From Candidatus Kapaibacterium sp. (GTDB taxonomy: Bacteria > Bacteroidota > Ignavibacteria > Kapaibacteriales > UBA2268): a DNA stretch of 64,000 bases. Made by a program: the position numbers and the translations under genes. Under the pieces are notes generated by a model. It saw only the letters and a program-made list of their open reading frames with translations. It ran no database searches and was not told the DNA's origin. This document shows, one piece after another, positions 1 to 8,362 of this stretch (positions within the stretch are counted from its first letter, which is position 1; every line of letters starts with the position of its first letter). The stretch is from contig OY762428.1 of the NCBI GenBank assembly GCA_963665665.1, forward strand, positions 2,080,001-2,144,000, given 5' to 3'.

Positions 1-1
1 A

Positions 2-673
2 CTATCCGGATATTTCGGGGCCTATAAAATTGATTTCGACAATTTACCGGATACAGAAAAAATCACACTTTTGCAAAATGCAGATATTCTAAATGAAGAA
101 AGCAGCTGCACGGTGGCAGGAATGCTAATATTTGGTATCAATCCGCAGCAATACATTCCTTTTGCAAGAATTTCCTTTGCTCATTACAAAAGTCCGGAAA
201 TCAGCTCTGACCTTCTCAATAAGAAAAATATCGGGGGCGGCCTGTCGGAGCAAATTGATAATACAGTTGCATTGATTGCCAATTCTATACCCGAGCCGTC
301 CGAAATAGTCGGCACAAAACGAAAAAGCAGCGTTGCAAAATATCCTGTGAAAGTATTCAGGGAATTGATAGTAAATGCCTGCTGCCACAGAAACTATTCC
401 ATACTTGGATCGGCAATCAGAGTGTTTTTGTTTTCGGATAGGTTGGAAGTAATAAGCCCCGGCAAATTACCCAATACGGTAAGCATAGAAAAATTAAAAG
501 CCGGGGTTTCCTACGCCGCGAACCCGGTAATAGTAAAATTCATGGAAAATCTGAACTATATAGACAAGCTCGGCAGGGGGCTGCCCATGGTTTGGCAGGA
601 AGCCGTGAAGCTAAATAAAAAAGTAATTTTTGAAGAAATTGGCCAGGAATTTAAAGTAACTCTGCAACTATGA
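2..673 (+). CDS. ATP-binding protein, C-terminal HATPase_c_4/RecG-C-like domain (5' end outside the window)
   Basis: Frame is open from base 2. FRELIVNACCHRNY, LEVISPG and IDKLGRG motifs match AlbA_2/HATPase_c_4 proteins. Confidence 0.8.
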   Translation, partial: LSGYFGAYKIDFDNLPDTEKITLLQNADILNEESSCTVAGMLIFGINPQQYIPFARISFAHYKSPEISSDLLNKKNIGGGLSEQIDNTVALIANSIPEPSEIVGTKRKSSVAKYPVKVFRELIVNACCHRNYSILGSAIRVFLFSDRLEVISPGKLPNTVSIEKLKAGVSYAANPVIVKFMENLNYIDKLGRGLPMVWQEAVKLNKKVIFEEIGQEFKVTLQL

Positions 674-889
674 TAAAATTCCCCTCTCTAAGGGTGGGCT
701 TTTTTAATTGAAAATGGAAAATTAATAATTGAAAATGCTTCATAGCTTAAAAAATTGAGAAATAGTAGTATCCTCCCCCTTAATCCCCCTCCAAAGGGGG
801 TACAATCCAAATTCCCCTCACTAAGGGTGGCAAGCGCAGCGAGACGGGGTGGACTTCTTTAAATTGAATTCGACAAATAGAATTAGATA
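674..889. repeat. Composite palindromic intergenic repeat, copy 1
   Basis: Modules aaattcccctctctaagggtgg, tcctcccccttaatccccctccaaaggggg and ttaattgaaaat recur in the later intergenic regions. Confidence 0.85.
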
Positions 890-1429
890 ATGGAAATAGT
901 CAGATTCGAAAATATTGAAGATAAGATAATAATCCTGAGAGACCGGCAGGTTATCATCGATAGCGATGTAGCTGAACTCTATGGCGTGGAAACAAGGGAT
1001 ATAAATAAAGCAGTTAAGAATAATCCTGAAAAATTTCCAGAAGGATATGTTTTTGAATTGAATGAAAATGAAAAGCGTGAGCTGGTGGAAAATTTCCACC
1101 ACCTTGATAAACTCAAATATTCCAAAGCATTACCCAAGGCCTTTACTGAAAAGGGTATGTATATGCTGGCTACTATCCTGAAAAGCGCCAGGGCAACTGC
1201 CACAACTATAGCAATAATCGAAGCATTTGCAAAAATTCGCGAGCTGGGAAAGAATATCAGGGAAATGGCTGAAATGGAAAGCGAAAACGAAAAACGCTCG
1301 CTGATGAGGCGCAGCGGTGAAATTATATCAGAAATATTTGACGACGACCTGACAATTGGCGAAACGGAAACCAGTATTGAAATTAACTTCGCCGTTCTGA
1401 AACTAAAGCATACAGTTAAAAGAAAATAA
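890..1429 (+). CDS. ORF6N-domain DNA-binding protein, copy A
   Basis: VIIDSDVAELYGVET..INKAVKNNPEKFP and AFTEKGMYML motifs. Confidence 0.9.
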   Translation: MEIVRFENIEDKIIILRDRQVIIDSDVAELYGVETRDINKAVKNNPEKFPEGYVFELNENEKRELVENFHHLDKLKYSKALPKAFTEKGMYMLATILKSARATATTIAIIEAFAKIRELGKNIREMAEMESENEKRSLMRRSGEIISEIFDDDLTIGETETSIEINFAVLKLKHTVKRK

Positions 1430-1444
1430 ATATGCTGAGAAAGA

Positions 1445-1714
1445 AAAATTCCCCTCTCTAAGGGTGGCAGCGCAGCTGACGGGGTGGACTCCTAATTGAA
1501 AATTGAAAATTAAACAATGCTACATAACTTAAAAATATTCGGAAATGGAAGTATCCTCCCCCTTAATCCCCCTCCAAAGGGGGACAATCTAAAATTCCCA
1601 TCGAGGGGTGGATCACAAAGGATCCATTCTTCAACATCATCTGCAGAGAAAGCATGGATTCTTCAGTCGCAAGCTCCTTCAGAATGACAAGAGGCTTCTT
1701 TAATTGACAATGGA
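1445..1714. repeat. Composite palindromic intergenic repeat, copy 2
   Basis: Same modules as copy 1, plus ggatccattcttcaac...atggattcttcagtcgcaagctccttcagaatgacaagagg. Confidence 0.85.
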
Positions 1715-1776
1715 AAAAATATCCTGAATTATAGAGCGTTCCTTAACTAAAACAGTTAATTACACCGGAGAAAATC

Positions 1777-1986
1777 ATGTTGGCAATAAATGGAATATAC
1801 GAAGACGGAAAGATCAATCCTTTGCAGGATATTCCTGTGAATGAGAAGTATATTGTCAGGATTACCTTCCTGAAGCCTTTGGCCAATGCAGATAAAGAAA
1901 ATGCTGAATCCTTCCTCCGGGCTGCCGAAAGCTCTCTTGATTTCTGGGATAATGAAATTGACGATGAAATCTGGAACAATGTATAA
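1777..1986 (+). CDS. Putative antitoxin (DUF104/DUF2281-like)
   Basis: AINGIYEDGKINPL N-terminus, acidic SSLDFWDNEIDDEIW tail; overlaps the toxin start. Confidence 0.7.
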   Translation: MLAINGIYEDGKINPLQDIPVNEKYIVRITFLKPLANADKENAESFLRAAESSLDFWDNEIDDEIWNNV

Positions 1987-2317
1987 ATCCGGCGATATAC
2001 TTCTTATACCTATCCCTTTTACTGATCTGAGCAGCGCAAAAAAAAGGCCCTGCATAGTAATTTCAGGAACTAATTACAACCGGGTTACCGAAGATATAAT
2101 TGTAATGGCAATAACTTCCAAACTCAGCGATAAAAAATATTCGGTCAGGATTACAAATGACGACCTTGCCTATGGTATGCTACCAACAACTTCGCAAATA
2201 AGAGTTGATAAAATTTATACAATATCCCAAAATATTGTGCAAAGAAAATTAGCTTCGGCAAATACTGAGATTAATGATAAAATATTTGAATTATTTGATG
2301 AGATAATTAGTAATTGA
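1979..2317 (+). CDS. PemK/MazF family endoribonuclease toxin
   Basis: GDILLIPIPFTDLSSAKKRPCIVIS and AITSK. The ATG at 1979 overlapping the antitoxin end is preferred over 1886. Confidence 0.9.
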   Translation: MYKSGDILLIPIPFTDLSSAKKRPCIVISGTNYNRVTEDIIVMAITSKLSDKKYSVRITNDDLAYGMLPTTSQIRVDKIYTISQNIVQRKLASANTEINDKIFELFDEIISN

Positions 2318-2319
2318 CA

Positions 2320-2859
2320 ATGGAAATAGTCAGATTCGAAAATATTGAAGATAAGATAATAATCCTGAGAGGCCGGCAGGTTATTATCGACAGCGATGTT
2401 GCCGATCTCTATGGCGTGGAAACCAAAAGGATCAACGAGGCTGTTTCCAATAATCCTGAAAAATTTCCCGAAGGATATGTTTTTGAGTTAGATGAAAAGG
2501 AAAAACGTAAACTGGTCGAAAATTTCGACCACCTCGATAAACTTAAATATTCCAAAGCATTACCCAAGGCCTTTACTGAAAAGGGCATGTATATGCTGGC
2601 TACCATTCTGAAAAGCGCCAGGGCAACTGCTACTACTATAGCAATAATCGAGGCGTTTGCTAAAATTCGCGAGCTGGGAAAGAATATCAGGGAAATGGGC
2701 GAAATGGAAAGCGAAAACGAAAAACGCTCCCTGATGAGGCGCAGTGGTGAAATTATCTCAGAAATATTTGACGACGACCTGACAATTGGCGAAACGGAAA
2801 CCAGTATAGAAATTAACTTCGCCGTACTGAAGCTAAAGCATACAGTTAAAAGAAAATAA
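2320..2859 (+). CDS. ORF6N-domain DNA-binding protein, copy B
   Basis: Near-identical paralogue of 890-1429, same length from ATG 2320. Confidence 0.9.
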   Translation: MEIVRFENIEDKIIILRGRQVIIDSDVADLYGVETKRINEAVSNNPEKFPEGYVFELDEKEKRKLVENFDHLDKLKYSKALPKAFTEKGMYMLATILKSARATATTIAIIEAFAKIRELGKNIREMGEMESENEKRSLMRRSGEIISEIFDDDLTIGETETSIEINFAVLKLKHTVKRK

Positions 2860-2874
2860 ATATGCTGAGAAAGA

Positions 2875-3157
2875 AAAATTCCCCTCTCTAAGGGTGGCAG
2901 CGCGAAGGATCCCGATAAATCGGGACGGGCTGGGGTGGACTCCTAATTGAAAATTGAAAACTAAACAATGCTTTATAGTTTAAAAATATTGAGAAATGTC
3001 ATCCTGAGCGTAGCAAAGGATCCATTCTTCAACACTATCAGCAGAAAAAGATGGATTCTTCAGTCGCAAGCTCCAGAAGCCTGCTCACTGCCTGCCCCGA
3101 TAAATCGGGGACCAGTCGGGGAATGACAAGAGGGTTCTTTAATTGAAAATTGAAAAT
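2875..3157. repeat. Composite palindromic intergenic repeat, copy 3
   Basis: Same modules, with cccgataaatcggg palindromes inserted near 2911 and 3096 and gtcatcctgagcg...gaatgac arms. Confidence 0.85.
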
Positions 3158-3163
3158 CGATAA

Positions 3164-3346
3164 ATGGCAATGGAAAGAATAGTAAATATATCAGATAATC
3201 ATGAACAAGCCAGGGAATATGAAATTCTTCAGCAGTTAAAAATGACGTCGATTGAAAGACAAATGGCCGCCCGGGAATTGAAAAAGAAATTTTACGGCGA
3301 AAAAACGCCTGATGTACGTAAAAGCCGGGCCTGGAAAGTTTCATGA
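3164..3346 (+). CDS. Small helical protein coupled to a nucleotidyltransferase (putative TA partner)
   Basis: 60 aa; ATGA overlap with the next gene. Confidence 0.6.
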   Translation: MAMERIVNISDNHEQAREYEILQQLKMTSIERQMAARELKKKFYGEKTPDVRKSRAWKVS

Positions 3347-3828
3347 TATTTTCTGATGATATATTGGAATTTTTATATCTGCTGAATAAGCATAATGTAA
3401 AATATATGATCGTAGGGGGCGAGGCTGTTATTTATTATGGCTATGCAAGGCTTACCGGCGATATTGATATTTATTATGATCTTAGTAAAGAGAACTGTAC
3501 TAAATTATTTTCATGCCTTAATGAATTCTGGGATAATGATATCCCCGGATTAAATCAGACGGAAGAATTAGAAAGGGATGGCATTATTATTCAATTTGGC
3601 TTGCCACCAAACCGGATTGATTTGATCAACAATATCGACGGAGTTAATTTTAATGAGGCATGGACCAATAAAGAATCCCTGAATATCGAGGATAAATCAC
3701 TATCTTTTGTGATTAATTATATTGGAATAGATGATCTTATTAAAAACAAGAAATATTCCGGAAGAAATAAAGATATGGATGATCTGGATTATTTGACTAG
3801 AAGAACTGGTCGAAAATTTCGACCTTAA
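3343..3828 (+). CDS. Nucleotidyltransferase (DUF6036/AbiEii-like)
   Basis: YMIVGGEAVIYYGYARLTGDIDI and LIKNK..GRNKDMDD motifs. Confidence 0.8.
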   Translation: MIFSDDILEFLYLLNKHNVKYMIVGGEAVIYYGYARLTGDIDIYYDLSKENCTKLFSCLNEFWDNDIPGLNQTEELERDGIIIQFGLPPNRIDLINNIDGVNFNEAWTNKESLNIEDKSLSFVINYIGIDDLIKNKKYSGRNKDMDDLDYLTRRTGRKFRP

Positions 3829-3973
3829 TCCCCCTCCAAAGGGGGACATTCTAAAATTCTCATCGAGGGGTGGATCACGAAGTCTCCATTCTTCAACATC
3901 ATCAGCAAAAAAAGATGGATTCTTCAGTCGCGTGCTCCTTCAGAATGACAAGAGGGTTCTTTAATTGACAATG
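3825..3973. repeat. Composite palindromic intergenic repeat, copy 4
   Basis: ttaatccccctccaaagggggac...gatggattcttcagtcgc...cagaatgacaagagggttctttaattgacaatg. Confidence 0.85.
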
Positions 3974-4033
3974 ACGAGAAATCGGATATAAATTCAAATA
4001 TTCAAGCAGCTACTTAACTGAAACGTATAAACC

Positions 4034-4333
4034 ATGAATGCCGAAGAACTATATAATAAATCAATCGATTATATAAAAGAAGAACTGAAGAAAATGCTTC
4101 CGCCAGATACATGTGTTTATCTTTATGGTTCGTCGGCAAGGGGCGATCGCGGCCATAGCTCGGATATTGATATCGCGATTGAATCCAAAAATATTAACAG
4201 CAGGCTTATCGCGGAATTATGTGATAAATTTGATGATTCTTTCGTTCCATACAAAGTAGATATTGTTGATCTGGCCAAAGCCGACGACAATTTTAAGAGC
4301 ATAATCTTTCGGGATGCAGTGAAATGGATGTGA
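4034..4333 (+). CDS. Minimal nucleotidyltransferase (MNT) antitoxin
   Basis: YLYGSSARGD..SDIDIAI motif. Confidence 0.9.
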   Translation: MNAEELYNKSIDYIKEELKKMLPPDTCVYLYGSSARGDRGHSSDIDIAIESKNINSRLIAELCDKFDDSFVPYKVDIVDLAKADDNFKSIIFRDAVKWM

Positions 4334-4728
4334 AACTAAACCAGTTAACCAAAGCTGTCAGCAGCCTGAACGATCTTGCAAAAAAGATAAACAATCTGAC
4401 AACTGAAGATGAGATAATCCTTGACGGTTTGCAGAACGGCCTGGCGCAGAAATTTGAATATACAATTGAACTGTTCTGGAAAACAGTAAAAAAATACCTG
4501 CTTAAATATGAAGGAATTGACACCAAATCTCCCAAGCAGGCTATAAAAGAATTTTATAAGAGCGGCAATATCAGCGAAGATCAATATTTGCTTCTAATAC
4601 GCGCTATCGACGACCGCAACGTTTTAAGCCATGTTTATAACGAAAATGATTTCAGCAGGATAATTGATTCTATTTCCGATTATACTGCCCTCATCTTTGA
4701 AATTACTGATCTGCTGAGTAAGAAATAA
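4324..4728 (+). CDS. HEPN/HI0074-family protein (toxin of the MNT-HEPN pair)
   Basis: QKFEYTIELFWK, SPKQAIKE and the RNVLSH RxxxxH motif. Confidence 0.85.
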   Translation: MDVKLNQLTKAVSSLNDLAKKINNLTTEDEIILDGLQNGLAQKFEYTIELFWKTVKKYLLKYEGIDTKSPKQAIKEFYKSGNISEDQYLLLIRAIDDRNVLSHVYNENDFSRIIDSISDYTALIFEITDLLSKK

Positions 4729-4736
4729 CCGCAAAG

Positions 4737-5123
4737 AAAAAATTCCCCTTGAGGGGTGGGATCTTTAATTAAAAATGGAAAATTGATAATTAAAAATGCT
4801 TCATAGCTTAAAAAAATTAGCGATAGTAGTCTCCCCCCCCTTAATCCCCCTCCAAAGGGGGAAATTCCAGAATTCACATCAAGTGGTTGACCGCGAAGTA
4901 TTTATTCTTCAACACTATCAGCAGGAAAAGATGGATTCTTCAGTCGCAAGCTCCTTCAGAATGACAAGAGGCTTCTTTAATTAAAAATTGAAATTGATAA
5001 TTAACTATGCTGTATTGCTTAAAAATATTGAGAAATGTCATCCCCCGACAAGCCGAGGGCAGGCTGAGCAAATGCGAAGGATCCATTCTTCAACACTATC
5101 AGCAGGGAAAGATGGATTCTTCA
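4737..5123. repeat. Composite palindromic intergenic repeat, copy 5 (tandem modules, no gene)
   Basis: All modules present; two ttcttcaacactatcagcag...gatggattcttca units. Confidence 0.85.
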
Positions 5124-5157
5124 CTAACCACTAATCACTAACCACCAAACTTAATTC

Positions 5158-5352
5158 ATGAACAACTCTCAACTTTCCACTATCAACTATAAACTATCTA
5201 AGGATTTCACCCTCCCCCGCTACCGCCAGTATCTGGAAGCGATAAAGGAGAAGTATGAGAACGTGGTTTTATTCAGGGAGTATATGGCTAATCCAATATC
5301 TTCATTCTGTATGATAAGGCATGATGTGGGTTTTAAACAATTTTTATTTTAG
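5158..5352 (+). pseudogene. Truncated polysaccharide-deacetylase-like fragment
   Basis: DFTLPRY...IRHDV resembles DFTLSNY...WRHDV of 28324-29085; the ORF stops shortly after RHDV. Confidence 0.6.
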
Positions 5353-5360
5353 GATAAATT

Positions 5361-7304
5361 ATGTGCGGAATATTTGGAATTTCAATAAAAGAAGAATCAA
5401 AAATTGATAAGAGTCAATTTAGTAATTTATTGAAAAACCTTTTTATTTATTCAGAATCCAGAGGCAAAGAAGCTTCAGGATTTGCATTCAGTAATAATAC
5501 AGAAATTAAGGTTTTTAAAACAAAACATCCGGCATCACATTTAATTAAATCCAAAGAATTTGAAAATAATCTTGATTGGCTACTCGAATCCAACAGTTTT
5601 AAAACTGCTATTGGCCACTCCAGGTTAGTTACAAACGGTAACGAAGAATTGAATATTAATAATCAGCCTGTTATTAAAAATGGAATGGTTGGTATTCATA
5701 ATGGCATTGTGGTAAATGTTGATGAATTATGGAAAAAATATTCTGATATTAAAAGGACTTCAGAGCTGGACAGCGAAGTAATTCTTGCTCTTTTAAAGAG
5801 AAATTTAATTAATCAGGATATTTTGGAAGCCAGAAATAAAACTTTCGATGATATATATGGTATGACTAATGTTGCAGTTTTGTTCGAAAATTATCAAAAT
5901 CTATTGATAAGTACAAACAATGGGTCACTATATTATTATTCTGATAATGATATCTTTATTTTTGCTTCGGAAGCTTTTATTCTAAAAAATGTTGTAATAG
6001 AATATTCTGAAAATCCAGAAATTTTACACGTAGAACCCGGGAAAACAATTTTATTGAATCTTTTAAACCTAAGTGATAATACTCAAAATATTTCTAACGG
6101 AATAATTAAACAAATTACTGATCTGACAAATAGTAAATCAGATATTGTGTTTAAAAAAGAAACTCAAATATTTATTGTTAAAAACAGTTTTTTTGAAGAA
6201 TTTGATAAAAATGCTGCCAGAGTATCCCTGTTAAAACGTTGTGAGAAGACAATATTACCGCAAACCTTTCCTTTTATTGAATTCGATGAAAACGGTATTT
6301 CAAATTTTGCTAATAATTATAGAGAACAAAATCTTCAGGGTAAAGAACAGTTACTGGAATTTGTTGAACCATACAGAAAATCAAACGGCAAACCGGACTG
6401 CCTGGTAGCTTTTAGCGGTGGCAGGGACAGTAGTTATGGTCTACATTATATTAAAGAAGAATTAGGCCTCAACCCAATTGCTTATTCTTATGACTGGGGT
6501 ATGATAACTGATCTTGCCCGGCGAAATCAGGCAAGATTATGCGGGAAACTCGGAGTTGAACATATTCTGATTTCGGCTGATATCAGGAAGAAAAGGGAAA
6601 ATATCAGAAAAAATGTAAGCGCCTGGCTGAAAAGGCCTCATTTAGGTACAGTACCTCTTTTTATGGCTGGCGACAAGCAATATTTCTATTGGGCAAATGA
6701 ATTGATGAAGCAAAATAATATCAAACTTGCTTTCCTTTGTGAAAACATGCTTGAAACAACTAATTTTAAATCAGGTTTTTGTGGCATAAAGCCTGTTTTT
6801 GATAAAGATCATACTTATAGCTTATCAATTAAAAATAAATTTAAAATGCTGAGTTTTTACGGAAAAGAATTTCTACTAAATCCCGGATATCTGAATTCCT
6901 CAATGCTTGATACTCTTGATGCCTTTAAATCTTATTATGTAATGGACCATCAGTTTGTGAATTTATATAATTATATTCTATGGGAAGAAAATCAGGTAGA
7001 TAAAATTTTGCTTGGCCACTATGATTGGGAAATTGCTGAAGATACTGAAACAACCTGGAGAATAGGAGACGGAACAGCCCCATTTTATAACTACATATAT
7101 TATACTGTTGCCGGATTTTCAGAAAATGATACTTTCCGTTCGAATCAGATCATGGAAAATATGATAAGCCGTAAGGAAGCCCTCAGACTTGCAGAACGAG
7201 ATAATAAACCAAGGTTTGAATCAATAAAATGGTATTGTGATACAATCGGAATTGACTTCGAATCGACAATTAACAGAATTAATCAGATAAAGAAGCTGTA
7301 TTAA
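5361..7304 (+). CDS. Class II glutamine amidotransferase fused to an N-acetyl-sugar amidotransferase-like PP-loop domain
   Basis: MCGIFG, GHSRL, HNG and DSEVI motifs; FSGGRDSS PP-loop. Confidence 0.75.
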   Translation: MCGIFGISIKEESKIDKSQFSNLLKNLFIYSESRGKEASGFAFSNNTEIKVFKTKHPASHLIKSKEFENNLDWLLESNSFKTAIGHSRLVTNGNEELNINNQPVIKNGMVGIHNGIVVNVDELWKKYSDIKRTSELDSEVILALLKRNLINQDILEARNKTFDDIYGMTNVAVLFENYQNLLISTNNGSLYYYSDNDIFIFASEAFILKNVVIEYSENPEILHVEPGKTILLNLLNLSDNTQNISNGIIKQITDLTNSKSDIVFKKETQIFIVKNSFFEEFDKNAARVSLLKRCEKTILPQTFPFIEFDENGISNFANNYREQNLQGKEQLLEFVEPYRKSNGKPDCLVAFSGGRDSSYGLHYIKEELGLNPIAYSYDWGMITDLARRNQARLCGKLGVEHILISADIRKKRENIRKNVSAWLKRPHLGTVPLFMAGDKQYFYWANELMKQNNIKLAFLCENMLETTNFKSGFCGIKPVFDKDHTYSLSIKNKFKMLSFYGKEFLLNPGYLNSSMLDTLDAFKSYYVMDHQFVNLYNYILWEENQVDKILLGHYDWEIAEDTETTWRIGDGTAPFYNYIYYTVAGFSENDTFRSNQIMENMISRKEALRLAERDNKPRFESIKWYCDTIGIDFESTINRINQIKKLY

Positions 7305-8362
7305 TGAGATTACTTTTCTTTATTGTTCATCCATCAAAATACCACTTGTTTAAGCATACCATTCGTAGATTAAAAAACGAGGGGCATCAGGTTGATTTAG
7401 TTATTGTGACAAAAGATGTATTAGAGGAATTAATTATCAACGAAGGATGGGAATATACCAATATTATTCCTGAAGGCAGAAGAAGTAAAAAATTGCCTAA
7501 AAAACTTTCTACGATATACTTTGCAGCAAAAACTCTGTTTAAACTATGGAATTATACACGAGGGAAAAAATACGATTTATTTATAACAGATGATCTGTTG
7601 GTTCTGATTGGTAAAATTCGAAAAGTAAAATCGTACTTTTTTGTTGATGATGATATTTCAATTGTTCCAGAATTAAGAATTCTTTTTAAAAATGCTGTTA
7701 AAATTGTAGCTCCTATATGCACCAATATAAATGAATTTGAAAATAAAAAGATTGGCTTTAATAGTTATAAAGAGTTGGCTTACCTTACGCCGGAAATTTT
7801 CCAGCCAGATATTGATATTATTAATCAATACTTTGATTTCAAAAGTAAATTTTTTCTGATAAGATTAGTGGATCTGACAGCTACTCATGACATAAACAAT
7901 AATGTTGGGGGTTTATCAAAATCAAATGTAGAAAAATTGATCAATTATTTATCAAAATTTGGCGAAATAGTAATTTCTTCTGAAAAACCTTTGTTACCCG
8001 AGTTTGAAAACTACAGATTGAAAATCCATCCTAAAGATATTCATCATTTTTTATATTATTCGGATTTGTTAATTACTGACAGTCAGACAATGACATCTGA
8101 GGCGGCTGTTTTAGGAACACCTTCTGTAAGAATCAATGATTTTGTTGGCAAAATTTCAGTAATGGAAGAGAAGGAAAATATATATGGTCTTTCTTATGGC
8201 TTCAAACCATCTGAGTTTTATCTGGCATTTCAGAAAATCAAAGAAATTATTGAAAATAATGAAATGGATGAATGGAATTTAAAACGAAAAAAACTTTTAG
8301 ATGAAAAAGTTGATATGAATGAATTTTTATATGAGAAGATAATCAATAAATATGAAAATTAG
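7304..8362 (+). CDS. DUF354 family GT-B protein
   Basis: HPSKYHLFK and TMTSEAAVLGTP motifs. Confidence 0.75.
   Translation: MRLLFFIVHPSKYHLFKHTIRRLKNEGHQVDLVIVTKDVLEELIINEGWEYTNIIPEGRRSKKLPKKLSTIYFAAKTLFKLWNYTRGKKYDLFITDDLLVLIGKIRKVKSYFFVDDDISIVPELRILFKNAVKIVAPICTNINEFENKKIGFNSYKELAYLTPEIFQPDIDIINQYFDFKSKFFLIRLVDLTATHDINNNVGGLSKSNVEKLINYLSKFGEIVISSEKPLLPEFENYRLKIHPKDIHHFLYYSDLLITDSQTMTSEAAVLGTPSVRINDFVGKISVMEEKENIYGLSYGFKPSEFYLAFQKIKEIIENNEMDEWNLKRKKLLDEKVDMNEFLYEKIINKYEN

Noticed and set aside
890-2859. ORF6N duplication as a DGR template/variable pair or an assembly artefact
   Set aside because: No reverse transcriptase; differences are not adenine-specific and include many synonymous changes.
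4796-4984. 62-aa ORF (also 4680-4877 and 3060-3344)
   Set aside because: They lie in composite repeat sequence or antisense to real genes.
674-5200. Classical integron attC array
   Set aside because: No RYYYAAC/GTTRRRY box pairs recognised at gene ends and no integron integrase in the window.
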